Part shown: in pieces, positions 56,530-64,000 of the stretch
Position numbering within the stretch: the first letter of the stretch is position 1
Layout of the letters: each line of letters opens with the position of its first letter
Assembly: GCA_965204085.1 (NCBI GenBank)
Contig: CBDBEE010000003.1
Coordinates: forward strand, 387,240 to 451,239
Direction: 5' to 3'
DNA length: 64,000 nucleotides
DNA from: Candidatus Poribacteria bacterium
GTDB taxonomy: Bacteria > Poribacteria > WGA-4E > JAJDTR01
The notes under the pieces: generated by a model
What the model saw: the letters and a program-made list of their open reading frames with translations, nothing else
The model's database searches: none
What the model was told of the DNA's origin: nothing
Position numbers and translations under genes: made by a program

Positions 56530-57687
56530 ATGAAGATTACAGGCGTTAAACCCATCCCGGTCTGGGTGGGCGGCAGAAACCAACTCGTGGTCAAGGTGGA
56601 GACCGACGACGGCATTCACGGCTGGGGCGAATCCGGTTTATCCGGCAGGGAACTGGCGGTAGCCGGGGCGGTTAAGCACTACCGCGAGTTTCTCATCGGT
56701 CGAGACCCCATGTGTATCGGCGCGCTGTGGCAAGACATGTACCGCGGTCAGTATTTCGAGGGCGGACGGGTGCTCACCGGCGCCATTTCCGCGGTTGACA
56801 TCGCGCTGCACGATATCGCTGGCAAAGCATTGGGCGTGCCGGTGTACCAACTCCTCGGCGGCAAGCAGCGGGACCTCGTGCCGTGTTTCGCGACGACCGG
56901 TGCGGCGCCCGGTCCCGGACTCATCGACGAAGTGAAACTCTTGATGGAACAGGGATGGAACGTCATCCGCACCGTGCCGGGTCACCCGCCCGTAGAGGAT
57001 GCATCCATTTTCGAGCCGCGCGAATCGCTTGCCTTAACCGCGTCGTGGCTGACCAAGGTGCGAGAAGAGGTGGGACCGGAGCCCGTGCTCGGCATCGACT
57101 ACCATTGCCGTTTAAGCGTGGCGGAGGCGGCTTCGTTCTGTCAACGCATGCCGTCAGGCACGTTGGACTTCATTGAGGAACCCATTCGTGACGAAACGCC
57201 AGAGGCATACGAATCCCTGCGGAGTATGGTCGATGTCCCCTTCGCCATCGGCGAGGAGTTCTCCAGCAAATGGGCGTTTCTGCCCTACATCGAACGCGGC
57301 ATCACCAACTTCGCACGTATTGATGTTTGCAACGTGGGAGGGTTGACGGAATCCATGAAGGTCGCGGGCATGGCGGAGGCTCACTATATCGACTTAATGC
57401 CGCACAACCCGTTGGGGCCCATCTGCACCGCCGCAACTGCCCACTTGGCGGCGGCAATCCCCAACTTCGCGTGGCTAGAGGTGCGAAATTCGCCGACAGA
57501 ACCGACCGGCCGCCAGGATGCCGATCTATTTCCGGTGCAACTCACACAGGAGGGACCGAACATCGTCGTGCCCGACCAGCCAGGGCTTGGTGTCGAGTTC
57601 AACGAAGAGTTGGCGATGGAGCAGACCTTTGAATTCTGGGAGGCGCCTCGGCTGCGCCGCCGCGACGGCTCCTACACCAATTGGTGA
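56530..57687 (+). CDS. enolase-superfamily dehydratase (D-galactonate / D-mannonate dehydratase family)
   Basis: ATG at 56530 with a Shine-Dalgarno sequence. MKITGVKPIPVWVGGRNQLVVKVETDDGIHGWGE…AISAVDIALHDIAGKALGVPVYQLLGG matches the MR/MLE N-terminal and barrel-domain pattern of DgoD/ManD-like enzymes. Confidence 0.8.
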   Translation: MKITGVKPIPVWVGGRNQLVVKVETDDGIHGWGESGLSGRELAVAGAVKHYREFLIGRDPMCIGALWQDMYRGQYFEGGRVLTGAISAVDIALHDIAGKALGVPVYQLLGGKQRDLVPCFATTGAAPGPGLIDEVKLLMEQGWNVIRTVPGHPPVEDASIFEPRESLALTASWLTKVREEVGPEPVLGIDYHCRLSVAEAASFCQRMPSGTLDFIEEPIRDETPEAYESLRSMVDVPFAIGEEFSSKWAFLPYIERGITNFARIDVCNVGGLTESMKVAGMAEAHYIDLMPHNPLGPICTAATAHLAAAIPNFAWLEVRNSPTEPTGRQDADLFPVQLTQEGPNIVVPDQPGLGVEFNEELAMEQTFEFWEAPRLRRRDGSYTNW

Positions 57688-57691
57688 ACCG

Positions 57692-57785
57692 GAAACCGAG
57701 TTTTTCGCGGCGGAAAGGCGCAAGTTGGCAAAATCCGATTCATTCTGCTTACGATTTGAAACACGCGAAACAAAAACTCGGTTTC
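57692..57785 (+). other. long-range hairpin: GAAACCGAGTTTTT (57692-57705) pairs with AAAAACTCGGTTTC (57772-57785) around a 66-nt interior that begins and ends with CGCG
   Basis: It sits 5 nt after the dehydratase stop. It could be a terminator or a small structured RNA. Confidence 0.3.
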
Positions 57786-57849
57786 TCTGGAATCTGAAGG
57801 CATAGCTATACAACGACTCACCCTGGTCACTGGCAACTAACCACTGGCC

Positions 57850-58090
57850 ACTGCTTCTATCAAGTAACACTTTTTCAAAGCCAGCCACAGAGCGAAAAAT
57901 GACGTCATTTGATGATGCGTTATACACATTGCGCTCCGCTGGAGCGCGGGTATCTGGACATGTCGCGTTCTATTAACATTTCGATCCGCTGGATCGAGGA
58001 AAGGGACTCCGACTAGAACGTGTTACTTGCTGAATGAATTATTCCGACAGGGATAATGGGGTGCTCTAATGTGTCAACAATGGGTTGGGA
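57850..58090. repeat. inverted copy (about 90% identity over ~210 bp) of the 50640..50965 hairpin-repeat unit
   Basis: Reverse-complement alignment. Confidence 0.75.
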
Positions 58091-58324
58091 GACCCAACCC
58101 CTACGAAAGGGAGGTGTTCGCTCACCGCTCTTGATTGTCGGGTTGCGATGAAATTTCAACAGAACCTAGGGAATTTAACTTTCCATGTCCTACAAAGAAG
58201 GAATTACCCATGTGGTGTTGAGCATGAGTCGTTTTTGCACTGACCACTAGCCACTGGTCACTGACCAGCAACTGAGTGAATAGCGAAGGCGGTAGAAATC
58301 CGCTGCATTTCTAAAGGAACCAAT

Positions 58325-59404
58325 ATGAACAAAGGGAGACGTGCTTGGAGCGAATCCAATTTATCCAAACCCGCAGCGGAAATCGACATCCGTTACGGAC
58401 ACAACCTCTTGAGACAGGAGAGCGAAGACTGGCCCTCATACGCCGTTGTGACGACACCGAGCGCCATCAAAGCGGCCAAACCTCACTTGGGGAAACAACC
58501 CGCCGGTGTGGGTTACGCCACTCATCTTGATCACGGTCATCTGCAGGAAATCACTGACGGGCTTCCGGAGGGGGTAGATCTCATTGTCGGCGTTGGCGGG
58601 GGCACGGCGCTGGATGCGTCAAAATACGCCGCGCTCAAGCGAGATTTGCCGCTGATTTTGGTACCCACAGTTTTATCGACCGGCGCCATTATTCACGGCG
58701 TCCTTGCGATATGGGACGGGCGGACTATCGTTGGCGGCGGAAACAGTTGGCCCTGGATCGATTGCGAGCACGTTCTCATCGACTATGAAGTCGTTCTTCG
58801 TGCGCCCGCTCACCTGCACACCGCCGGGCTGGGTGATATTCTCTGCAACTACGCCAAAATCGCCGAATGGCAGCGAAACCATAGACACGGCATTGAACCG
58901 CCCTATGACGAAAAGATCGTTTCCGCCGTGGAGCAGTTCCACCAAGATTTCACCGATCGCTTCCACGCCTCCCTCGACGCCGAGGGGGAGTTAACGCCGG
59001 AAAGTGTCCGCGTCATCGGCAAAGCGCTCCAAGAACGCGACAGCCGGGAGCGAGCCTTGGCGAGCACAGTACCGAGCGGCGACCACGACTTCGCTTTTGC
59101 GCTCGAGCTTATGTGCGACAGGGGTTGGATCCACGGCGAGTTGGTCGCCATGGGCGCGGTCATCATCGCATGGTACTGCGACGCCAATCCCCAGCGTCTG
59201 CTTTCAAGGCTTGACAAATGTTTGGTGCGGTACCGCCCCTCGCAAATGGATATTTCGCGCGACACCCTGTGCCAAGTGCTAGAGTACGTCCCGGAATACA
59301 TGGTCGACCCGATTCGAGGGAAGGGCACCTCGTCGATTCTCCGTCATGAACCCATTGTGGGCGCAAAATTTGATGAATTGTGGACGTTCTTGGAGGGATG
59401 TTAA
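58325..59404 (+). CDS. DHQS-like / iron-containing alcohol dehydrogenase superfamily enzyme (glycerol-1-phosphate dehydrogenase-like)
   Basis: ATG at 58325 with an AAGGA Shine-Dalgarno sequence. The Gly-rich nucleotide loop is LIVGVGGGTALDASKYAA, followed by LILVPTVLSTGA. Confidence 0.6.
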   Translation: MNKGRRAWSESNLSKPAAEIDIRYGHNLLRQESEDWPSYAVVTTPSAIKAAKPHLGKQPAGVGYATHLDHGHLQEITDGLPEGVDLIVGVGGGTALDASKYAALKRDLPLILVPTVLSTGAIIHGVLAIWDGRTIVGGGNSWPWIDCEHVLIDYEVVLRAPAHLHTAGLGDILCNYAKIAEWQRNHRHGIEPPYDEKIVSAVEQFHQDFTDRFHASLDAEGELTPESVRVIGKALQERDSRERALASTVPSGDHDFAFALELMCDRGWIHGELVAMGAVIIAWYCDANPQRLLSRLDKCLVRYRPSQMDISRDTLCQVLEYVPEYMVDPIRGKGTSSILRHEPIVGAKFDELWTFLEGC

Positions 59405-59454
59405 TTAAAATGATACTATCGCATTTGTAGGGCATAGGGATCAAGTTAAGCGTC

Positions 59455-59615
59455 ATGGATCGCAGTCACGCAGTTTCTAATGTCTTAAACTGTTAATCTC
59501 CATGTAGACATGGGCGATGGAATACCAACCCATTCGTTGATGGGTGCACCACAGAAGATGACTCATGACGCTGGTTTCCGAAGGTACCGGTGCGGTTGGA
59601 AAGGGATCTCTATCA
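59455..59615. repeat. inverted copy of the 36321..36478 repeat
   Basis: See above. Confidence 0.75.
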
Positions 59616-59968
59616 GAATCTACTATCGCCTTCACTATTCGTTCAGTTGATCACTCATTATCCATTCGCTTGATCGATAGAGATTCCGCAGGTTTGTAGA
59701 AACGTGAACACACTAAATTCGAAAGCCCCAGCGGGGCGACAAGTGTAGGTGTTAAATTCGCACAAAACTATACGATATTGCCCTAAAAATGACAACAAAT
59801 GAGTTAGCGACCTTCTGTTTCAAGAGGATGCGATAGATTCAATTACTCGGCAAGTTCAACATGAGAATTGCTGTCAAATTGGGCTGATTTTCGTCCATTT
59901 CGTGTTTCCACGTCGGAAAAAACTCGGTTTCTGCGCCTCGTCAGACAAAGAGAGATAAAAGAGAAAAA

Positions 59969-61639
59969 ATGAGATATTTCGGCACCCAAGGAACTGTGCG
60001 CCCCAATCAACATTATGTTGTCCCGCGCACTGAGGAAATCAACAACTTCATCGACCGCGTCAAAGCCGGCAAGTTCATTGTGCTTTTCGCGCCGCGTCAG
60101 ACCGGCAAGACTACCTTTTTTCGATTTGCGCTGAAGGCGCTCGCCGCCGCGGATCCGACCTATTTCCCTATCCAGTTGGATTTCCAAACGATGCGGAACG
60201 TCACGCCCGCCGTTTTTTACGAGCATCTCTACTACATGATTCAAATGCAAATTGAGAGCGTCTTCCAAAGACGCGGCGGCATTCCATCCGAGGCTTTAAC
60301 GAAATTTTTAAAAGAGACAACACTGACCAATCATCTTTCTATGGTAAGGTTCTTTGAGAATCTTGAAGGTTTCCTGGACAGCGATTCTCACAAGGAGGTC
60401 CCCGCTTTCAAGAAGGTAGTGCTCCTTATTGACGAGTTTGACGGCATCCCCAAGACGGTCCTAAGCGATTTTTTGTATTCATTTCGCCAGGTCTATCTCT
60501 CCGATGAGATGAATTGTCCCCATAGCGTCGGCATTGTAGGCGTCAAGAGTATCGCCCAACTCGATTACGATCGGTCGGTCTCGCCGTTCAACATTCAAGA
60601 TGAATTCAAACTGCCGAACTTCACGCTTGAACAAGTTAAAGAGCTCTTTCAAGAGTATACGGACGAGGTCGGACAAACCTTTGCCCCGGAGGTGATTGAA
60701 TCCATTCACAAACAGACCGCGGGGCAACCGTTCCTCGTCAATCGGTTCGGCCAGATTCTCACCGAGGAAATGAGAATTCCGAAAACCGAGCCGATTGGCG
60801 CGGCGCACTGGACAACGGCGCATGCGCAACTTCTTGAAGAGGACAATGTCAATCTCACGCATCTAATTACCAATATCCGCAGAAGTCCTCGCTTTGAAAG
60901 TATGCTGATGCGGATTATGGCGCGTGATGAAAGTGTGGAATTCAATCTGCGCGACGACATCATTGGTGAACTTGCTTCGTATGGGGTGATAGCAAAAGGG
61001 ACCGACGGCATGTGTGAAATTGTCAATCCCATTTATCTATTCTGCATCCTGAAAGCGTTCAAGCCGTTGGTAAATGGATTGGAGGATGACTATTTTCCAG
61101 AGGACGCCGAGGACCCGTTTTCGGAGTACCTCACGTCTACCGGAGAGATCGCGTTAGAAGCGTTACTGGATAACTTCCGAGATTTCATCGCGCGAGTGGG
61201 GTTCAGGATTCTACAGGTGCCGGGCACACCGCGAGAGTCCGTGGGCAGGCATCTGCTGTTTGCCTACCTTGAACAGTTTGTTAAACTCGTCGGCGGCCTG
61301 ATGCACATCGAGGTGCAAACGGGACGCGGCAGGATGGATCTCATCATTAACCACAATCGGCGAAAATATATTGTTGAAACGAAAATCTGGAGAGGAGACC
61401 GCCGCTATCAGATAGGCAAAAAGCAACTCGCCGCATATCTCCAGTTGGAAAACGCGATGGAAGGGTATTATGTCGTATTCGATCATCGGAGGCAGCCGGA
61501 GCCGCGGGTGGAGACAGAAACGGTCGATGGCGTGAAAATTCGGAGTTATGTGATACCTGTGGTACAAGAACGACCCTCGATTCTCTCAGAGAAAGGTGAA
61601 CATTTTCTCTACAGTCGCCCGCGTTTACGCGGAGATTGA
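59969..61639 (+). CDS. AAA-ATPase-like domain plus C-terminal PD-(D/E)xK nuclease-fold domain protein (the 'predicted AAA-ATPase' / DUF1703 architecture)
   Basis: Walker A is FAPRQTGKTT and Walker B is VLLIDEFD. The C-terminal RGRMDLIINH…YIVETKIW gives a D…E-x-K nuclease motif. Confidence 0.7.
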   Translation: MRYFGTQGTVRPNQHYVVPRTEEINNFIDRVKAGKFIVLFAPRQTGKTTFFRFALKALAAADPTYFPIQLDFQTMRNVTPAVFYEHLYYMIQMQIESVFQRRGGIPSEALTKFLKETTLTNHLSMVRFFENLEGFLDSDSHKEVPAFKKVVLLIDEFDGIPKTVLSDFLYSFRQVYLSDEMNCPHSVGIVGVKSIAQLDYDRSVSPFNIQDEFKLPNFTLEQVKELFQEYTDEVGQTFAPEVIESIHKQTAGQPFLVNRFGQILTEEMRIPKTEPIGAAHWTTAHAQLLEEDNVNLTHLITNIRRSPRFESMLMRIMARDESVEFNLRDDIIGELASYGVIAKGTDGMCEIVNPIYLFCILKAFKPLVNGLEDDYFPEDAEDPFSEYLTSTGEIALEALLDNFRDFIARVGFRILQVPGTPRESVGRHLLFAYLEQFVKLVGGLMHIEVQTGRGRMDLIINHNRRKYIVETKIWRGDRRYQIGKKQLAAYLQLENAMEGYYVVFDHRRQPEPRVETETVDGVKIRSYVIPVVQERPSILSEKGEHFLYSRPRLRGD

Positions 61640-61771
61640 AAGTTTGAGACAAGGTGATGCTAATTTCTAATCAATGAGTACGCGCATGGCGGTCGTGATC
61701 GCGAAATCGATCCTACAGCGAATTTCTGGGAGCTTGATTGCGTAAATCAAATTATTTCGGAAGGAGCATTC

Positions 61772-64000
61772 ATGAAAGATTATCAACCTCTTGATGTGTC
61801 CGCGTTGTGTAACGCTGGTCTTGATATACTGAATGTTGACGCGGATGTTTCAATCGGAGAGCAGACGCTTCGCGGCTTGCCGTTTGTCGTAGGCTCATCG
61901 GAACACGACGGAAACTGCCTCATTGCTTTCGATGCCAAGCGCGAGAGCGCGACTATCCCCATCAACCAGTCAGCCCGCCGCGTGATTATCGCGCACGGCT
62001 TGCTTGAGTCGGAACTCACGAAGGGAGGGGCGTTGGCGAAGCCGATTGCCGACTACTTCTTCCGTATATCCGGCGGTGATGAGATTTGCGTCCCCATCCG
62101 TGAGAGATTTGAAATCGCCATTCCCGCTTTTGGCGGTTTGCCGTTCCGCGCACTACCGGACGAACCGAACTCACTCTACCCGCGCGATGCAGGGAGATGG
62201 GAGGACCTGGGACGTCGACAGACCGAGGCGGCACAGGGCAGATCGCGAGGGTTGTTTCTCTGGTCATGGGAGAATCCGCATCCCGATTCCGTCATCGAAT
62301 CACTGGAGATCATCCCCGGCGGAACACGTTTCGTCATCGGTGCAATCACACTCGGACACGCGGACGAACACCCCTTTGTCCGGCAGGGGCGCCGGGAAAC
62401 GCGCATTACCCTCACCAACCAGGAGGACGCGGAAAAACCGTTCGACCTCGACGTTGAGGTAGATCGAGGGCTCGCGACCTATGTGCACGCCCTGCCGGAA
62501 GCCTCCGCGGAAGAATTTGCCGAAGATTCTTTCAAAGGCTGGGGAGAAACCCAGAACCCGAAATCGAGTCCCGCCTACACCGAGATAGCGGCGCTCCCCT
62601 CTGCCACCGTGACGGTCAAGCAGGGCGAGGAGGAGGTCGGTCAAGTCAACTGGGGTGATGTCCAAGAAAAGGGCGCTGTCGACGTGCCACGGATGCGCGT
62701 CGAACTGCTTGATCGCGGCAGAAATTGGGTGCATGTCAATGTGCTTGATGAGGATACCGGCAAACCCGTGCCGTGCCGAGTTCATTTTCGATCACCGGAA
62801 GGAGTCCCTTACCAGCCGCACGGTCACCACAATCAGGTCAACTCGAATCTGGGCAGTTGGCACATTGATGTCGGCGGCGATGTTCGCATGGGGCAGATTA
62901 CCTACGCCTATATAGACGGCACTTGCCAAGGTTGGCTGCCGCGCGGCGAAGTCATCGTCGACATCGCGCGAGGTTTTGAATACGAGCCGCTTCGGACGCG
63001 CGTGAACATCGAACCCGGGCAGCGCGAACTAACACTCCGCCTCAAACGCTGGATTGACATGAACGAGAATGGGTGGTTTAGCGGAGATTCGCATGTCCAC
63101 TTCCTTTCGACCCAAGGCAGCCACACGGAGTCGCAGGGAGAAGACCTCAACGTGGTCAACTTGTTGCAATCGCAGTGGGGTAGCCTCTTCACGAACACCG
63201 AAGAGTTTACGGGCAAGGCAAGCGTTCTGCAGGAAGGCAACAACATTGTCTATATCACGCAGGAGAACCGTCAGCACTTTTTGGGGCATCTAATCCTATT
63301 GGGACTTAAAGAACCGGTAATGCCGTGGTGCAGCGATGGCCCCGGAGAAGCCGAACCCGGCGGAACGTTGGAAGTCACCATGAGCGACTGGGCGGACCAG
63401 TGCCACGCGCAAGGCGGCACCGTGATTATCCCGCATCTCCCGAACCCGAACGGCGAACCGGCGGCGCTAATTGCCACCGGCAGAGTGGATGGCGTCGAAA
63501 TGTTGCGGCACGAGCCGTTCAACCATCTTGAGTACTACCGTTACCTCAACTGCGGCTACCGTCTGCCGTTGGTCGGCGGCACGGACAAGATGTCGAGCGA
63601 TGTACCCGTCGGCATTTATCGAACCTATGCTCGCCTGTCTGAGGATGAGGAATTCAACTACGACAACTGGTGCAAAAATGTCTCACGCGGGCGAACATTC
63701 CACAGCGGCGGTCCCATCATCAACCTGACCGTGGAAGGCAATCAGATTGGCGACACGCTTCAGATGTCCGGTCCCGGCACGGTCGAAGTCGAAGCGTGGG
63801 CGGAGAGCATCTTTCCGATTCACACGCTCGAGCTCGTTCAAGCTGGACGCGTGGTGGCTTCGACTGAGGACGCAAAGGGCACACGCCGGTTGGAATTAAA
63901 GGCGAAAGTGAAAGCCGACGGACATACGTGGGTGGCGGCACGGTGCGGCGGTCCCAACTATACGAGCGTCAAGCATCACGACGGTTGGCAGCGCGGCATC
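61772..64000 (+). CDS. long ORF not listed in the track (at least 743 aa, runs off the window end); hypothetical, with a PHP/CehA-McbA-like metal-dependent phosphoesterase region
   Basis: An ATG at 61772 lies 5 nt after an AAGGAG Shine-Dalgarno sequence. Hand translation finds no in-frame stop through 64000. His-rich motifs include WFSGDSHVHFLST and TVIIPHLPNPNG. The track lists only short antisense ORFs across this stretch. Confidence 0.6.
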   Translation, partial: MKDYQPLDVSALCNAGLDILNVDADVSIGEQTLRGLPFVVGSSEHDGNCLIAFDAKRESATIPINQSARRVIIAHGLLESELTKGGALAKPIADYFFRISGGDEICVPIRERFEIAIPAFGGLPFRALPDEPNSLYPRDAGRWEDLGRRQTEAAQGRSRGLFLWSWENPHPDSVIESLEIIPGGTRFVIGAITLGHADEHPFVRQGRRETRITLTNQEDAEKPFDLDVEVDRGLATYVHALPEASAEEFAEDSFKGWGETQNPKSSPAYTEIAALPSATVTVKQGEEEVGQVNWGDVQEKGAVDVPRMRVELLDRGRNWVHVNVLDEDTGKPVPCRVHFRSPEGVPYQPHGHHNQVNSNLGSWHIDVGGDVRMGQITYAYIDGTCQGWLPRGEVIVDIARGFEYEPLRTRVNIEPGQRELTLRLKRWIDMNENGWFSGDSHVHFLSTQGSHTESQGEDLNVVNLLQSQWGSLFTNTEEFTGKASVLQEGNNIVYITQENRQHFLGHLILLGLKEPVMPWCSDGPGEAEPGGTLEVTMSDWADQCHAQGGTVIIPHLPNPNGEPAALIATGRVDGVEMLRHEPFNHLEYYRYLNCGYRLPLVGGTDKMSSDVPVGIYRTYARLSEDEEFNYDNWCKNVSRGRTFHSGGPIINLTVEGNQIGDTLQMSGPGTVEVEAWAESIFPIHTLELVQAGRVVASTEDAKGTRRLELKAKVKADGHTWVAARCGGPNYTSVKHHDGWQRGI

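Noticed and set aside
50560-58090. Composite transposon bounded by inverted repeats
   Set aside because: No transposase or recombinase was identified inside or adjacent to the segment. It is kept only as a finding about repeat architecture, not called as a mobile element.
1-64000. tRNA or rRNA genes
   Set aside because: No stretch shows cloverleaf-compatible conserved tRNA features (for example GTTCRANYC T-loop with a matching acceptor stem) or rRNA-like conservation. Intergenic regions are dominated by REP-type repeats.

Overview
This is a 64-kb bacterial window with about 55% GC that is coding-dense and unusually rich in non-coding repeats. It most likely comes from an uncultivated bacterium, since it carries T9SS C-terminal sorting domains, Planctomycete-type cytochrome (PSCyt) domains and eukaryote-like repeat proteins. 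Phylum is not assigned. The supplied ORF track treats TTG/GTG as starts, so several starts below were re-placed by hand.

Gene content:
- Housekeeping genes: a class I SAM-dependent O-methyltransferase, an endonuclease III-like glycosylase, a GT4 glycosyltransferase, pterin-4a-carbinolamine dehydratase, a TAXI TRAP-transporter solute receptor, a YyaL-type thioredoxin protein, a TonB-dependent receptor, the Lhr helicase, an enolase-superfamily dehydratase, a DHQS/Fe-ADH-fold enzyme, and an AAA-ATPase fused to a PD-(D/E)xK nuclease.
- A large secretome of beta-propeller and lectin-like proteins: two paralogous secreted 14-blade WD40 proteins, each paired with a secreted CarboxypepD_reg plus C-type-lectin-like protein, and six tandem TolB-like PD40 beta-propeller paralogs with a recent ~1.2-kb segmental duplication.
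- A 2558-aa fusion joining an M28-like peptidase domain, long coiled coils and an FtsX/MacB-type permease, with no ABC ATPase nearby.
- A 1377-aa secreted protein (PSCyt1/PSCyt2 heme motifs, LRR, cohesin, dockerin, T9SS C-terminal domain) and a second LRR-dockerin protein.
- A retropepsin-like aspartic protease preceded by a small Shine-Dalgarno-led gene.
- A degenerate MazF-like toxin-antitoxin cassette.
- A long ORF at 61772..64000 that is absent from the ORF track.

Most notable observations:
1. A ~17-residue C-terminal motif, AV[NSD]P.[GS]K..[ST].WG.[LIV]K(K)R, is shared by all six PD40 proteins and by an unrelated LamG-like protein. It may be an undescribed C-terminal sorting or recognition tag.
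2. Several families of REP-like palindromes carry GTAG heads, including one REPIN-like inverted doublet and one compensatory stem mutation.
3. A ~180-bp tandem hairpin repeat family occurs in inverted orientation on either side of a 6.9-kb four-gene segment.

No rRNA, tRNA, CRISPR array, transposase or prophage could be supported.
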